Assembly: GCA_013361065.1 (NCBI GenBank)
Contig: JABWAK010000002.1
Coordinates: forward strand, 2,273-66,272
Reading direction: 5' to 3'
From: Bacteroidota bacterium
GTDB taxonomy: Bacteria > Bacteroidota > Ignavibacteria > UBA10030 > UBA8401
Length of the DNA stretch: 64,000 bases
Shown: in pieces, positions 18,649 to 27,852 of the stretch
How the letters are laid out: the number at the start of each line of letters is the position of its first letter
Numbering within the stretch: the stretch's first letter is position 1
The notes under the pieces: model-generated
The model's input: the letters and a program-made list of their open reading frames with translations, nothing else
The model's database searches: none
Told to the model about the DNA's origin: nothing
Position numbers and translations under genes: made by a program

Positions 18649-19926
18649 GTGAAAATAGCTGAATCACTAATAGCGATAGTAATTTCTGCAAGTTTTGCGT
18701 TCTCTCAGCATAATCTGCAAAATAGGGAGGAAGTTGACAATTTTGTCTCAGCGCTCTACGCCGAAGGCAACTACTGGAAACTGATGGAACTCTCCCGTCA
18801 GTTCCCCGCCGACTCTCTCTCCCCCCGTTTCGATTTCCATCTCGGTATGAGCTATGCCGCGCTCGGCGAACCGCAGCGCGCCCAGGAGCATCTCACACGC
18901 GCCATTGCGCTTGAACCTGCCCGTCTCCAGTACCGGTACCAGTTCGCACGGGTCCTGTCGCAGTCCGGTCAGTACGCCGACGCGGCCGAACAGCTGCGGC
19001 GGTGTATCGCGATGGATTCCACATACCTTCCGGCACGGTTCCAGCTGGGACTCGCCATCGCCGCCCAGAGGAACGATCCGTTCGCGGAGATGGAGGTCTT
19101 CACCGGACTGGTCGAACGGAATCCGAACGATGTGCTGAGTCTCTACCATCTCTCCGAAGCGCTGAAGCGTGCGGGCCAGCCGGACAGCGCCGCCGTATTC
19201 CTCCGCCGTGCCCTTGCGGTCAATCCCCGCTACGTTCCGGCGCTCATCGCCCTCTCCAACCATCTGAACGGACAGAAGCGGTACGCCGAGGCGCTGCCGC
19301 TCTACCTGCGCGCCGATTCGGTGCGGGGCGGGAACAAGGACCTGCTCTTCCAGATCGGGGAATGTTACCGGCGGCTCGGCGAACTCCCGTCCGCGCGGTC
19401 GTACTTCCGCAGAGCGATCGCACTCGATTCCATGAACGGTCTGTATCACGCGCAGCTCGCCTATGCGTACTTCAGCGACGCTCTGTACGATTCGTCGATC
19501 GCTTCCTACCGCACTGCGCTCCTGTTCGACGAAGAGAATGCACAGTACCATCTGAATCTTGCGCTGGTCTATGCGAAACTGGACGATAGGCCGAATGTGC
19601 TCCGCTCGTACGCGGAGGCGGTCCGCGTGATGCATCCGGAACTCGCCGCAGCGGTCTTCTACGATCAGGGGACGTACTGCTTCCAGAAGAAACTCTGGAA
19701 GGAGGCGGTGACCGCCTACGGCAGGGCGATCGATATCGATCCGGCCCTTTCCCTCGCCTACTATTTCAAAGGCTCCTGCCTCATGCAGCTGAACGAGCAT
19801 GCGGCGGCACTTCCGCTCTTCACCGAATTCCTCTCCCGGACGAAGGAGAGCACGGAATTCAAGGGAGAACGCTATTCTGCCCAGAAAATGTCCGACTATA
19901 TCAAAGAGTTGCGGAAGAAGAAGTGA
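18649..19926 (+). CDS. Secreted tetratricopeptide-repeat protein
   Basis: Multiple TPRs. GTG 18649 gives the signal peptide MKIAESLIAIVISASFAFS-Q and avoids overlap with the MTase gene. Confidence 0.85.
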   Translation: MKIAESLIAIVISASFAFSQHNLQNREEVDNFVSALYAEGNYWKLMELSRQFPADSLSPRFDFHLGMSYAALGEPQRAQEHLTRAIALEPARLQYRYQFARVLSQSGQYADAAEQLRRCIAMDSTYLPARFQLGLAIAAQRNDPFAEMEVFTGLVERNPNDVLSLYHLSEALKRAGQPDSAAVFLRRALAVNPRYVPALIALSNHLNGQKRYAEALPLYLRADSVRGGNKDLLFQIGECYRRLGELPSARSYFRRAIALDSMNGLYHAQLAYAYFSDALYDSSIASYRTALLFDEENAQYHLNLALVYAKLDDRPNVLRSYAEAVRVMHPELAAAVFYDQGTYCFQKKLWKEAVTAYGRAIDIDPALSLAYYFKGSCLMQLNEHAAALPLFTEFLSRTKESTEFKGERYSAQKMSDYIKELRKKK

Positions 19927-19983
19927 TCCCTCCGGGGGCATAATTTCCCTGAACATTCCGCACATTTTCCCGTATCTTTCCGC

Positions 19984-21123
19984 ATGTCCTCCGCAGCTCC
20001 CGAGCCCCGTGATACCGTCTGGTCCCGTCTGAAACAGGACTGGGAATCCTTCACCGCCACCGTTCGTTCCGAATGGAAGGAACTCACCGACCGATTGAAT
20101 TCGTCCGGACGCTGGAACAGCGCGCTCGTGCGGGAATCGAACGAGGTGACCGATTTCTATCTGACCGCGGCACAGCACGAACGGCTGAAGACGATGCGGC
20201 AGTTCGAGCAGGTGCTGTACAAGACCGGCTGGGTCTTCCGCGCGATGTTCGAACGGCTCCGTCCGGAACGCCGTCTGCTTGCGCTCGCCGGTATCTTCCT
20301 GCAGTTCTTCAACGACCAGAACAACAATAATTCGCTCATCGGCTCCCTCTTCCTGGTACTGGTGATCATGCTGGAGCTGAAGGACAAGCTGATGGCGCAC
20401 GATGAACTTGCCGCCGGTCGGAAGATCCAGCAATCACTGATGCCGCCGCGGATGCCCTCCGTGCCGGGATGGGAACTGTGGCTCTTCACCCGCTCGGCGA
20501 ATGAAGTGTGCGGTGACCTGATCGACTTCATCCCCGGAACGGAAGGACGCTCTGCCGTCGTCATGGCGGACGTCTCAGGCAAAGGACTCCACGCTGCTCT
20601 CATCACCACAAAATTACAGGCGACCATCCGCGCACTGGCCGGAGAGATCGGATCGCTGCCGGTCCTGATCGCCCGCATCAACACCATCGTTCACCGGGAC
20701 AGTCCCTCACACATCTTCGCTTCGCTGGTCTATGCGGAGATCACCGAACAGCATGGGACCGTCCGCTACGTGAATGCCGGTCATTATCCTGCGCTTATCA
20801 TCCGCGGCACCGGTCATGAGGAATGCCCGAAGGGTGAACCGGCGCTCGGTCTCGCACGGAGCGTTCCGTACACGGAACAGAGCATCGGCCTGCAGCCGGG
20901 CGATGCGTTCGTCCTCTATTCGGACGGACTGACCGAGGCGAAGAATGCGCAGGGGGATTTCTTCGGCAAGGAACGGTTGGTGTCCCTCTTGACCGCCTCT
21001 GCCGGGAATGCGGAACAGACCGGCAATGGCGTCCTGCGGGAGGTGGAGCGGTTCTGCGGCATGGCAGCAGCAACGGATGACCTTTCTCTGATCATCCTCC
21101 GGCGCACAGGAGCTTCCGTATGA
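19984..21123 (+). CDS. PP2C/SpoIIE (RsbU-like) serine phosphatase with a membrane hairpin
   Basis: RKIQQSLMP, EVCGDLIDF, MADVSGKG, YVNAGH, LYSDGLTEA and DDLSLI. Confidence 0.9.
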   Translation: MSSAAPEPRDTVWSRLKQDWESFTATVRSEWKELTDRLNSSGRWNSALVRESNEVTDFYLTAAQHERLKTMRQFEQVLYKTGWVFRAMFERLRPERRLLALAGIFLQFFNDQNNNNSLIGSLFLVLVIMLELKDKLMAHDELAAGRKIQQSLMPPRMPSVPGWELWLFTRSANEVCGDLIDFIPGTEGRSAVVMADVSGKGLHAALITTKLQATIRALAGEIGSLPVLIARINTIVHRDSPSHIFASLVYAEITEQHGTVRYVNAGHYPALIIRGTGHEECPKGEPALGLARSVPYTEQSIGLQPGDAFVLYSDGLTEAKNAQGDFFGKERLVSLLTASAGNAEQTGNGVLREVERFCGMAAATDDLSLIILRRTGASV

Positions 21124-22025
21124 CCGGTGTGCCGGAAGAACGGTCCGCCGGCTCGGCGGCTTCGAAGGGGATCCGCTCCGCCCTTGCCGGCATCGTGGTG
21201 AACGGTGCGCTGGCGCTGGTGAAAGGGATCGCGGGTTTCCTCGGCAACTCCTATGCCCTCATCGCCGATGCGATCGAATCGGCGTCCGATGTGGTGAGCT
21301 CACTCATCGTGGTGAGCGGACTGCGCATCGCGGCGAAGCCGCGCGACGAGAACCATCCGTACGGACACGGGAAAGCCGAACCGATCGCCGCCCTGGTGGT
21401 GGCGCTCTCCCTGTTTGGCGCGGCGGTCACTATCATCCTACAAAGCTATCACGAGATCATCACCCCGCATCATGCCCCGGAACCGTTCACGCTGATCGTC
21501 CTCATCATTGTCGTCGTCGTCAAGGAAGCGCTCTTCCGTTCGGTCTTCCGCGTAGCGGAGGAGGTGCAGAGCACCGCTGTGCGGACCGATGCCTGGCATC
21601 ATCGGAGTGACGCCATCACCTCCGCCGCCGCGTTCATCGGCATCTCCGCAGCGCTCATCGGCGGTGACGGATACGAAAGTGCGGATGACTGGGCGGCACT
21701 CTTCGCATCGGTCATCATCATCTACAACGCATACGGTCTCTTCCGTCCCGCCCTGGACGAGATCATGGACGCCGCCCCGCCGGCGGATGTGGCGGAGCGG
21801 GTGCGTGCCGCTGCGGCCACGGTCCCCGGAGTGCTGGGACTGGAGAAATGTTTCGTGCGGAAGATGGGACTCGACTATTTCGTCGACCTTCATGTGATCG
21901 TGGACGGTGCCGCGACCGTCCGCGAAGGACACCGGATCGGCCACGATGTGAAGGATGCGGTCTGTCATGCACTGCCACGCATCGCCGATGTGATGGTGCA
22001 TATCGAGCCGGATACCTTCGGCTGA
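21120..22025 (+). CDS. Cation diffusion facilitator (FieF-like) transporter
   Basis: SYALIADAIES, HPYGHGKAE, DAWHHRSD and VDLHV...H...VHIEP. Confidence 0.93.
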   Translation: MTGVPEERSAGSAASKGIRSALAGIVVNGALALVKGIAGFLGNSYALIADAIESASDVVSSLIVVSGLRIAAKPRDENHPYGHGKAEPIAALVVALSLFGAAVTIILQSYHEIITPHHAPEPFTLIVLIIVVVVKEALFRSVFRVAEEVQSTAVRTDAWHHRSDAITSAAAFIGISAALIGGDGYESADDWAALFASVIIIYNAYGLFRPALDEIMDAAPPADVAERVRAAAATVPGVLGLEKCFVRKMGLDYFVDLHVIVDGAATVREGHRIGHDVKDAVCHALPRIADVMVHIEPDTFG

Positions 22026-22126
22026 CCCTGTCCCGGTTGTTTCTCACTGCGTAAAACATTACTTTCTCTTGTGCGGGGGGGGCACCCCGTCCGCATTTCC
22101 CCCATCTGACGGCGGTAAGGATCCCT

Positions 22127-23401
22127 GTGAACTGGCACCCATCCATCATCGGCAACTTCTTCCTTGTCACGACGCTCTTTGCCGTGATCGTTGCATACCG
22201 TGCCTCACGCCGCATCTTCCCGGGGAAGGATTTCCTCGTCCTGTTCATCGGTTCCGCCGCGGTCTGGACCCTTACCAGTGCGCTGGAATGGTACTCCGTG
22301 GAAGCGGAGACCAAGGCCTTCTGGTCCCAGCTGAGCTATATCGGCATCGTCAACGTCTCCCCCGCCTGGCTCTGCTATTCCCTCGTCTATTGCGGATACC
22401 CGCAGCTGCTCACGCAGAGGAACCTGCTGCTGCTCTGGATCATCCCGGCGGTGACCCTGGCGTTGGCGCTCACCAACAGCTGGCACGGACTCAACTGGCC
22501 CGCCTACTATATGGTGGAGCATCCGCTCGGCAACTACATGTTCTACGAACATGGTCCTTCGTTCTGGGTGCTCACCGTCTATTGTTACATTGTGAACATC
22601 ACGTACAGCGTCCTGATGGTGCGCCAATCCCGGAGGCTGTACGCTTCCTTCCGGATGCAGTCCCTCATCCTCTTCTTCACCGTCTCGCTGCCGTGGATCG
22701 GCAACATCCTCTATAATGCACGCATCGTCACGGTGATCGACCTGACACCGGCAGCGTTCACCGTCACCGGCGCGCTGCTGCTCTGGAACATGCAGCAGTT
22801 CCGCCTCTTCGACATCACGCCGATCGCCCGCGAGCAGCTCTTCGCCGAGTTCCGTCAGATCGCCATCGTCCTCGATGCACAGCAGCGGGTTGTGGATATG
22901 AATCCGTTCGCGCTGAACAGTTTCAGCTTCGCCCGGTCCCCCATCGGCAAACCGGTCGGGGAGGTCTTCCCGTTCTGGCCGCAGCTGCTCTCGTTCCTGC
23001 GGGCGGACAATATCGCCGAACTGGAACTGAAGCTCGAGCATCAGGGGGAGCCGGAATGGTACCTGGTCTCTCGGACACCGCTCACCAAACAACGCGGGTC
23101 CGCTTCAGGGACACTGCTCATCTGCCGCAACATCACCATGCAGAAACAGCGGGACGATGAGCGGGAGATGCTCATCGCAGAGCTGCAGGAAGCGCTCGCC
23201 AGCGTGAAGACGCTCGGCGGACTGCTCCCGATCTGTGCCAGCTGCAAGAAGATCCGCGATGATGAGGGGTACTGGAGCCAGGTGGAGCAGTACATCGCCA
23301 AGCACACCGACGCGAAATTCACGCACGGCATCTGTCCGGACTGCGGGAAGAAAGCACTGGAGGAGTACTATCGGGCGAAGCAGCAGAAGGTGACGTCGTG
23401 A
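22127..23401 (+). CDS. HisKA_7TM-type membrane sensor, PAS domain and C-terminal four-Cys domain (no kinase domain)
   Basis: Seven TM segments (LALTNSWH, DLTP) and PAS-like IVLDAQQRVVDMN...RNIT. C-terminus is LLPICASCKKIRDDEGYW...FTHGICPDC. Confidence 0.82.
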   Translation: MNWHPSIIGNFFLVTTLFAVIVAYRASRRIFPGKDFLVLFIGSAAVWTLTSALEWYSVEAETKAFWSQLSYIGIVNVSPAWLCYSLVYCGYPQLLTQRNLLLLWIIPAVTLALALTNSWHGLNWPAYYMVEHPLGNYMFYEHGPSFWVLTVYCYIVNITYSVLMVRQSRRLYASFRMQSLILFFTVSLPWIGNILYNARIVTVIDLTPAAFTVTGALLLWNMQQFRLFDITPIAREQLFAEFRQIAIVLDAQQRVVDMNPFALNSFSFARSPIGKPVGEVFPFWPQLLSFLRADNIAELELKLEHQGEPEWYLVSRTPLTKQRGSASGTLLICRNITMQKQRDDEREMLIAELQEALASVKTLGGLLPICASCKKIRDDEGYWSQVEQYIAKHTDAKFTHGICPDCGKKALEEYYRAKQQKVTS

Positions 23402-23781
23402 GATTCGCACGGAATGTCTTCTCCTTCGCCGGCAGTTACGGCATCGTCGTCACCCTGCCGCTCTATTTCAGCGAAGCACGCATCGGCATCGACCAGCCGC
23501 CGGCCATCACCCATCCCGAGTACTTCTACGGATTCATCGGTGTCACGCTCGCCTGGCAGGTGCTGTTCCTGATGGTGGCGCGCGACGTCCAGCGGTACCG
23601 CATGATGATGCTTCCGGCCATCCTGGAAAAGTTCTCGTACGCCGCTGCCGGCGGTGCACTCTTCGCAATGGGAAGGATCGGTCAGACCGTGGCGGCATTC
23701 GCGGCGGTCGATCTCCTCTTCGGCATCCTGTTCATCCGGGCTTTCCTCCTGACCAGGGAGCCGGTCCCGTTCCGCCCATGA
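23398..23781 (+). CDS. Hypothetical membrane protein
   Basis: Four hydrophobic segments, host-like codon usage, and a GTGA overlap with the upstream gene. Confidence 0.7.
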   Translation: MRFARNVFSFAGSYGIVVTLPLYFSEARIGIDQPPAITHPEYFYGFIGVTLAWQVLFLMVARDVQRYRMMMLPAILEKFSYAAAGGALFAMGRIGQTVAAFAAVDLLFGILFIRAFLLTREPVPFRP

Positions 23782-23799
23782 CCTTCCGGTGACCGCTGC

Positions 23800-24369
23800 A
23801 TGGAAGACCTTACCGCATTCCTGAGACTGTTCGGAACCCTTTCCGATGAAGATGCCGCTCTGATCTGCGATGCCTGCCGCCCCCGTCACTATGCCAAAGG
23901 AGAGGTCATCACTGCCGCGGGAGCACTCCAGCGCGACCTGCTGTTCGTCCATGACGGTATCCAGATGTCATATCATGAGCATGATGGTAAACTGCATGTG
24001 ATCGCGTTCACCTATCCGCCTTCCTTCAGCGGTGTACCGGAATCGTTCCTGCATCAGACACCCTCCCCGTATACACTGCAGGCGCTCACCGCCTCGCACT
24101 GTTCTGCCATCGCCCGGGAGCAGCTGGACGGGCTCTTCGACCGCTCGCAGGCGATCGAGCGGATCTTCCGCCGCACCGCCGAGACGATGCTTACCGGACT
24201 GCTCGTGCGGCACCGGGAACTGCAGGCGCTCTCCATGGAGGAACGGTTCACCGCATTCGCACAGCGAAGCCCCCACCTGCTCCGCATGGTCCCGCACAAG
24301 TACCTCGCATCATATCTGAACATCGACCCGACCAACTTCAGCAAGCTCTTCAACAGCGTCCGCATCTGA
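23800..24369 (+). CDS. Crp/Fnr-family cNMP-binding regulator (Bacteroidota type)
   Basis: cNMP-binding fold, with C-terminal EERF...P.LL..VPHKYLASYLNI.P..FSK. Confidence 0.88.
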   Translation: MEDLTAFLRLFGTLSDEDAALICDACRPRHYAKGEVITAAGALQRDLLFVHDGIQMSYHEHDGKLHVIAFTYPPSFSGVPESFLHQTPSPYTLQALTASHCSAIAREQLDGLFDRSQAIERIFRRTAETMLTGLLVRHRELQALSMEERFTAFAQRSPHLLRMVPHKYLASYLNIDPTNFSKLFNSVRI

Positions 24370-24439
24370 CCTTGGTGTGGACCAACATTCCGACGCTGTG
24401 CAATGCGTATCTTGCCATGACCACGAATCGGGAGACCGC

Positions 24440-24757
24440 ATGACCACACGAGTTCGCGCCCTGCTGCTGGGGACCGCATTGTTCGGCTTCACTGTGCCGA
24501 ACGGGATGTTCTTCTATTTTCTCTTCGTTGAGTTCACATCGATCACCGATATCCTGACCAATTGGCTGGCGCTCGGCTTCATCATCGACGCATTCATGGC
24601 GACAGGACTGCTGGCGGTCTGGTTCGCTCATCGGCCGCCGGGGAGATATTCCTGGAAGGCGTTCGTGGTGTTGAGTCTTGCGGGGGGATTGGGGTTCTCG
24701 CTGCCGTTCTTCTACTATCTGAACAAGCGGAATGATGATAGTGTCGGCCCGGACTGA
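24440..24757 (+). CDS. DUF2834-like small membrane protein
   Basis: Three TM segments ending GLGFSLPFFYY. GGGAGA SD before ATG 24440. Confidence 0.6.
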   Translation: MTTRVRALLLGTALFGFTVPNGMFFYFLFVEFTSITDILTNWLALGFIIDAFMATGLLAVWFAHRPPGRYSWKAFVVLSLAGGLGFSLPFFYYLNKRNDDSVGPD

Positions 24758-24807
24758 GGTCCGGGCCTGTGAGCTTTTACATGAAGGTGAGTCTCAGCGC
24801 TGACTTG

Positions 24808-26817
24808 TCAGTTGTCCCACGTATCGGTGCGGAAGGAGGAGGCCGGAAGTCCGGCAGCATTGAAGAGGGTCCCGCGCACCACATTCTGCCATCCGTACCG
24901 CACGGCAGCGGGCTGCGGTACCGCGGCGGAGCGGACGATGACCGTTGTCCCTTTCACCGTTGCCGTGCCGGGATGGAAGACGCCGTCCGCACCCGCGACC
25001 TGGAAGAGCGGTTTCCCGGTCTCCGGCCGGAGCGTCAGTCCTTTCGCATGATCGAAGGTGAGGATGACCACATCCTTCTTCACGGTAAATGAACGATAGA
25101 CCGGTCCGCTGTACTCCACCTTCTTCCCGTACTCTTTCGCCAGCGCCCAGCGAGACAACCGATCCCCCACATCCTTCTTGTTCGCGGGATGGATGGAGAC
25201 GGAATCGCCGATATCGAGCGTTACCGCCATCCCGGTCTTCGGAACGGAGAGTGTGCGGAGCTGCGCTTCACGCAGCAGCTCGGAATGAGCGACGGGACCG
25301 TACTCGAACGGTGCGATCTGCACGAAATAGAAGGAGAAATCGCGCTTCCAGTCCGACCGCCAGTTGCGGATCATCAGCGGGAACAATCCTTCATATCCTG
25401 CCGGGTCAGAGACGTTCGCCTCTCCCTGATACCATACCGCTCCTTTCACTGCGTACGGTACGAGCGGGGCGATCATGCCGTTGTAGAGAACGGCCGGATG
25501 GTCCGAATTGAACTGACGGGTGACGGCAGGACGGCTGGTGTTGTTGCGGGGATCGAGCAGGTACGCCGTATTGCCGCGGATCTCAGCGACTGCACGATAG
25601 CGCCACGGACCGGCCAGCGACATCCGTTCGGTGCTGTTCTTCAGCGAGAGCGACAGCTTGTCCGGCGTGCTCCAGAGTCCGCCGCCGCCGCCGAAGTCGA
25701 TCACGCGGATCGCGATGGTCAGCAGGGAATCTGCGGTGAGCGATGCGGGGATGGTGTAGCGCCGTTCGATGTTCCAGGGACTTCCCGTGAGCATGGAGCC
25801 GATCATGGTCCCGTTCACGAACGTTGCATCCATATCATCGATGGTGCCGAGTTCCAGCAGCAGTTCCTTCCCGCGCCAGGCGGAAGGGATCTCCACTTTT
25901 TTGCGGAACCATACCACTCCGTCGAACGCCCCGACCTCGGTCCATTCCCACCCGCGCGGAAGGTCCATGCTCCTCCAGCTGCTGTCCGGATGAGCGGGCT
26001 GCATCAGCTCTGCATCATTGAACTGTACCGTGCTCCAGTCCTGGGAAGCGCGGTTCGGACCCACATCCACCGACGGGAGCGATGCAAGCCACGCGGTCAG
26101 GTCAGCATGTTCCTTCCTGGTCTGCTCCAGCATCGGTCCCGCATCCATATAGAGTGGATGTTGCCTGATGAATGCTTCACTCGTCCACGCCTGCACCGGC
26201 GTGCCACCCCAGGAGGCATGGATGAGTCCGACCGGCACCTTCAGCGCCCGGTGCAGCGCTGCACCGAAATAGTATCCTGTTGCACTGAACTCCGGCACGT
26301 TGGCCGGCGTCGCCGGGAGCCATGCACCGTTGGTCACCGTGCGTTCCTCCAGCGAAAGCATCTTCTCCACGGTGAACATCCGGAGCTGCGGCGCGTTCGC
26401 TGCGGCGATCTCCTCCTGAGCGCCGGCGATCAGTTCGTTCGGCGGGAAACCGCGCATCGGCATCTCCATGTTGGACTGACCGGAGCAGATCCAGACCTCT
26501 CCGATCAGCACATCGGTCAGCGTCCGCGTTTCGGTCCCGTGCGTCACGGTCAGCGAGAACGGACCGCCCGCTTTCGGCGTGCGGAGCGTTGTGCGCCAAC
26601 GTCCGTCCGCACCGACGGTACAGTGAGCGGTGATGCCCCAGGAGGCGGAAAGGCGGACGGCGGTTCCCGGCGTGCCGGTCCCCCAGACGGGGGCATCGGT
26701 CCGCTGCTGCAGCACCATACCGTCCGAGAAGAGCGCCGGAAGCGTGAGCGGCTGAGCAGAAAGGAGGATCGAACAGAGGAGAACAACGACAAAGATCGAA
26801 AGGAAATGGGTCTGCAT
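24808..26817 (-). CDS. Sialate O-acetylesterase-like (SASA, SGNH) esterase with an inserted galactose-binding-like domain
   Basis: LFSDGMVLQQ, GEVWICSGQSNM, WGGT, LYNGMIAPL, WYQGEAN, IHPANK and AVRYGW. Confidence 0.92.
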   Translation of the reverse strand: MQTHFLSIFVVVLLCSILLSAQPLTLPALFSDGMVLQQRTDAPVWGTGTPGTAVRLSASWGITAHCTVGADGRWRTTLRTPKAGGPFSLTVTHGTETRTLTDVLIGEVWICSGQSNMEMPMRGFPPNELIAGAQEEIAAANAPQLRMFTVEKMLSLEERTVTNGAWLPATPANVPEFSATGYYFGAALHRALKVPVGLIHASWGGTPVQAWTSEAFIRQHPLYMDAGPMLEQTRKEHADLTAWLASLPSVDVGPNRASQDWSTVQFNDAELMQPAHPDSSWRSMDLPRGWEWTEVGAFDGVVWFRKKVEIPSAWRGKELLLELGTIDDMDATFVNGTMIGSMLTGSPWNIERRYTIPASLTADSLLTIAIRVIDFGGGGGLWSTPDKLSLSLKNSTERMSLAGPWRYRAVAEIRGNTAYLLDPRNNTSRPAVTRQFNSDHPAVLYNGMIAPLVPYAVKGAVWYQGEANVSDPAGYEGLFPLMIRNWRSDWKRDFSFYFVQIAPFEYGPVAHSELLREAQLRTLSVPKTGMAVTLDIGDSVSIHPANKKDVGDRLSRWALAKEYGKKVEYSGPVYRSFTVKKDVVILTFDHAKGLTLRPETGKPLFQVAGADGVFHPGTATVKGTTVIVRSAAVPQPAAVRYGWQNVVRGTLFNAAGLPASSFRTDTWDN

Positions 26818-26989
26818 GTTCGTGTCAGGGCTTGAAGAATGAATAAACGGTGATTCGTCGTTCGTACGTTAGAGAAATAATGCTGAAAGGTCAATGCGGG
26901 AAACAGCGTCCCGTGCAACCGGTTGAATCATCCGGACCGGGATGCTATATTCCATCCAGTCATCTTTCACCATCAGAACGGAGCGCCCC

Positions 26990-27391
26990 ATGAAAGCGAT
27001 CGCCGCGACCATCCCTGCCTATCACCGCACACAATCCCCCGGTGACCGGGCGATCTGCGACCTCTTGCAGCAAGAGATCACCACAGCGATGCCGAAGGCC
27101 GAGAGCAGCATCTGGCACGGCAGTCCGGTCTGGTTCATTGACGGAAATCCGGTGGTGGGCTATCACAAGCTGAAGGATGGCATCCGTCTGCTCTTTTGGA
27201 GCGGACAATCGTTCGATGAACCGGGACTGTCCCCGGAAGGGACGTTCAAAGCAGCCGAAGTGCGATACACGTCGGCCGATGAGATCAAGGTGACGCCGCT
27301 CCGCCGCTGGCTCCGCAAAGCGAAGAAGATCCAATGGGATTACAAGAACATCGTCAAACGGAAAGGGAAACTGGTCCGGATCGAGACTTGA
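26990..27391 (+). CDS. DUF1801 (YdhG-like) domain protein
   Basis: IWHGSPVWFIDGNPVVGY, RLLFWSGQSFDEPGL and IQWDYKNIVKRKG. Confidence 0.82.
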   Translation: MKAIAATIPAYHRTQSPGDRAICDLLQQEITTAMPKAESSIWHGSPVWFIDGNPVVGYHKLKDGIRLLFWSGQSFDEPGLSPEGTFKAAEVRYTSADEIKVTPLRRWLRKAKKIQWDYKNIVKRKGKLVRIET

Positions 27392-27522
27392 GGATGAAGA
27401 GATTTGTGAGATCGTATCATTGAATCATTGACCGATCGATTCATTACCGATACGCGTACATCCGATCGTCAATGGACCTGCCGCGCATGAGCGATTTGAG
27501 TGTTGTGGTGTTCATTTCATTA

Positions 27523-27794
27523 CCGGGATGAATCCCGGGGTTTTGGGTTACTGTGTTCCGTTGGTGTGTTCGTGCCTTGGTGGTTCTGTAATTTTGTTCT
27601 GCGTTATTCTGCGGAATCTGCGGGACAGCTCTTTGCATTTCTTGCGCATCGACCTTGGTGAATTATTCTTGCCGGGTGGTTTCTCGATTCCCCGGGATGA
27701 ATCCCGGGGCTTTGGGTTACTGTGTTCCGTTGGTGTGTTCGTGCCTTGGTGGTTCTGTAATTTTGTTCTGCGTTATTCTGCGGAATCTGCGGGA
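27523..27794. repeat. Direct repeat of 103 bp, two copies (27523-27625 and 27692-27794)
   Basis: The copies differ at one base. Each begins with the hairpin CCGGGAT-GA-ATCCCGG and ends TTCTGCGTTATTCTGCGGAATCTGCGGGA. Confidence 0.95.
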
Positions 27795-27852
27795 TCGACC
27801 TGCTCTGCTTTTGTCATTTCCATTTCACCTCCGGTTTTCGTAGCTTTGTTCC

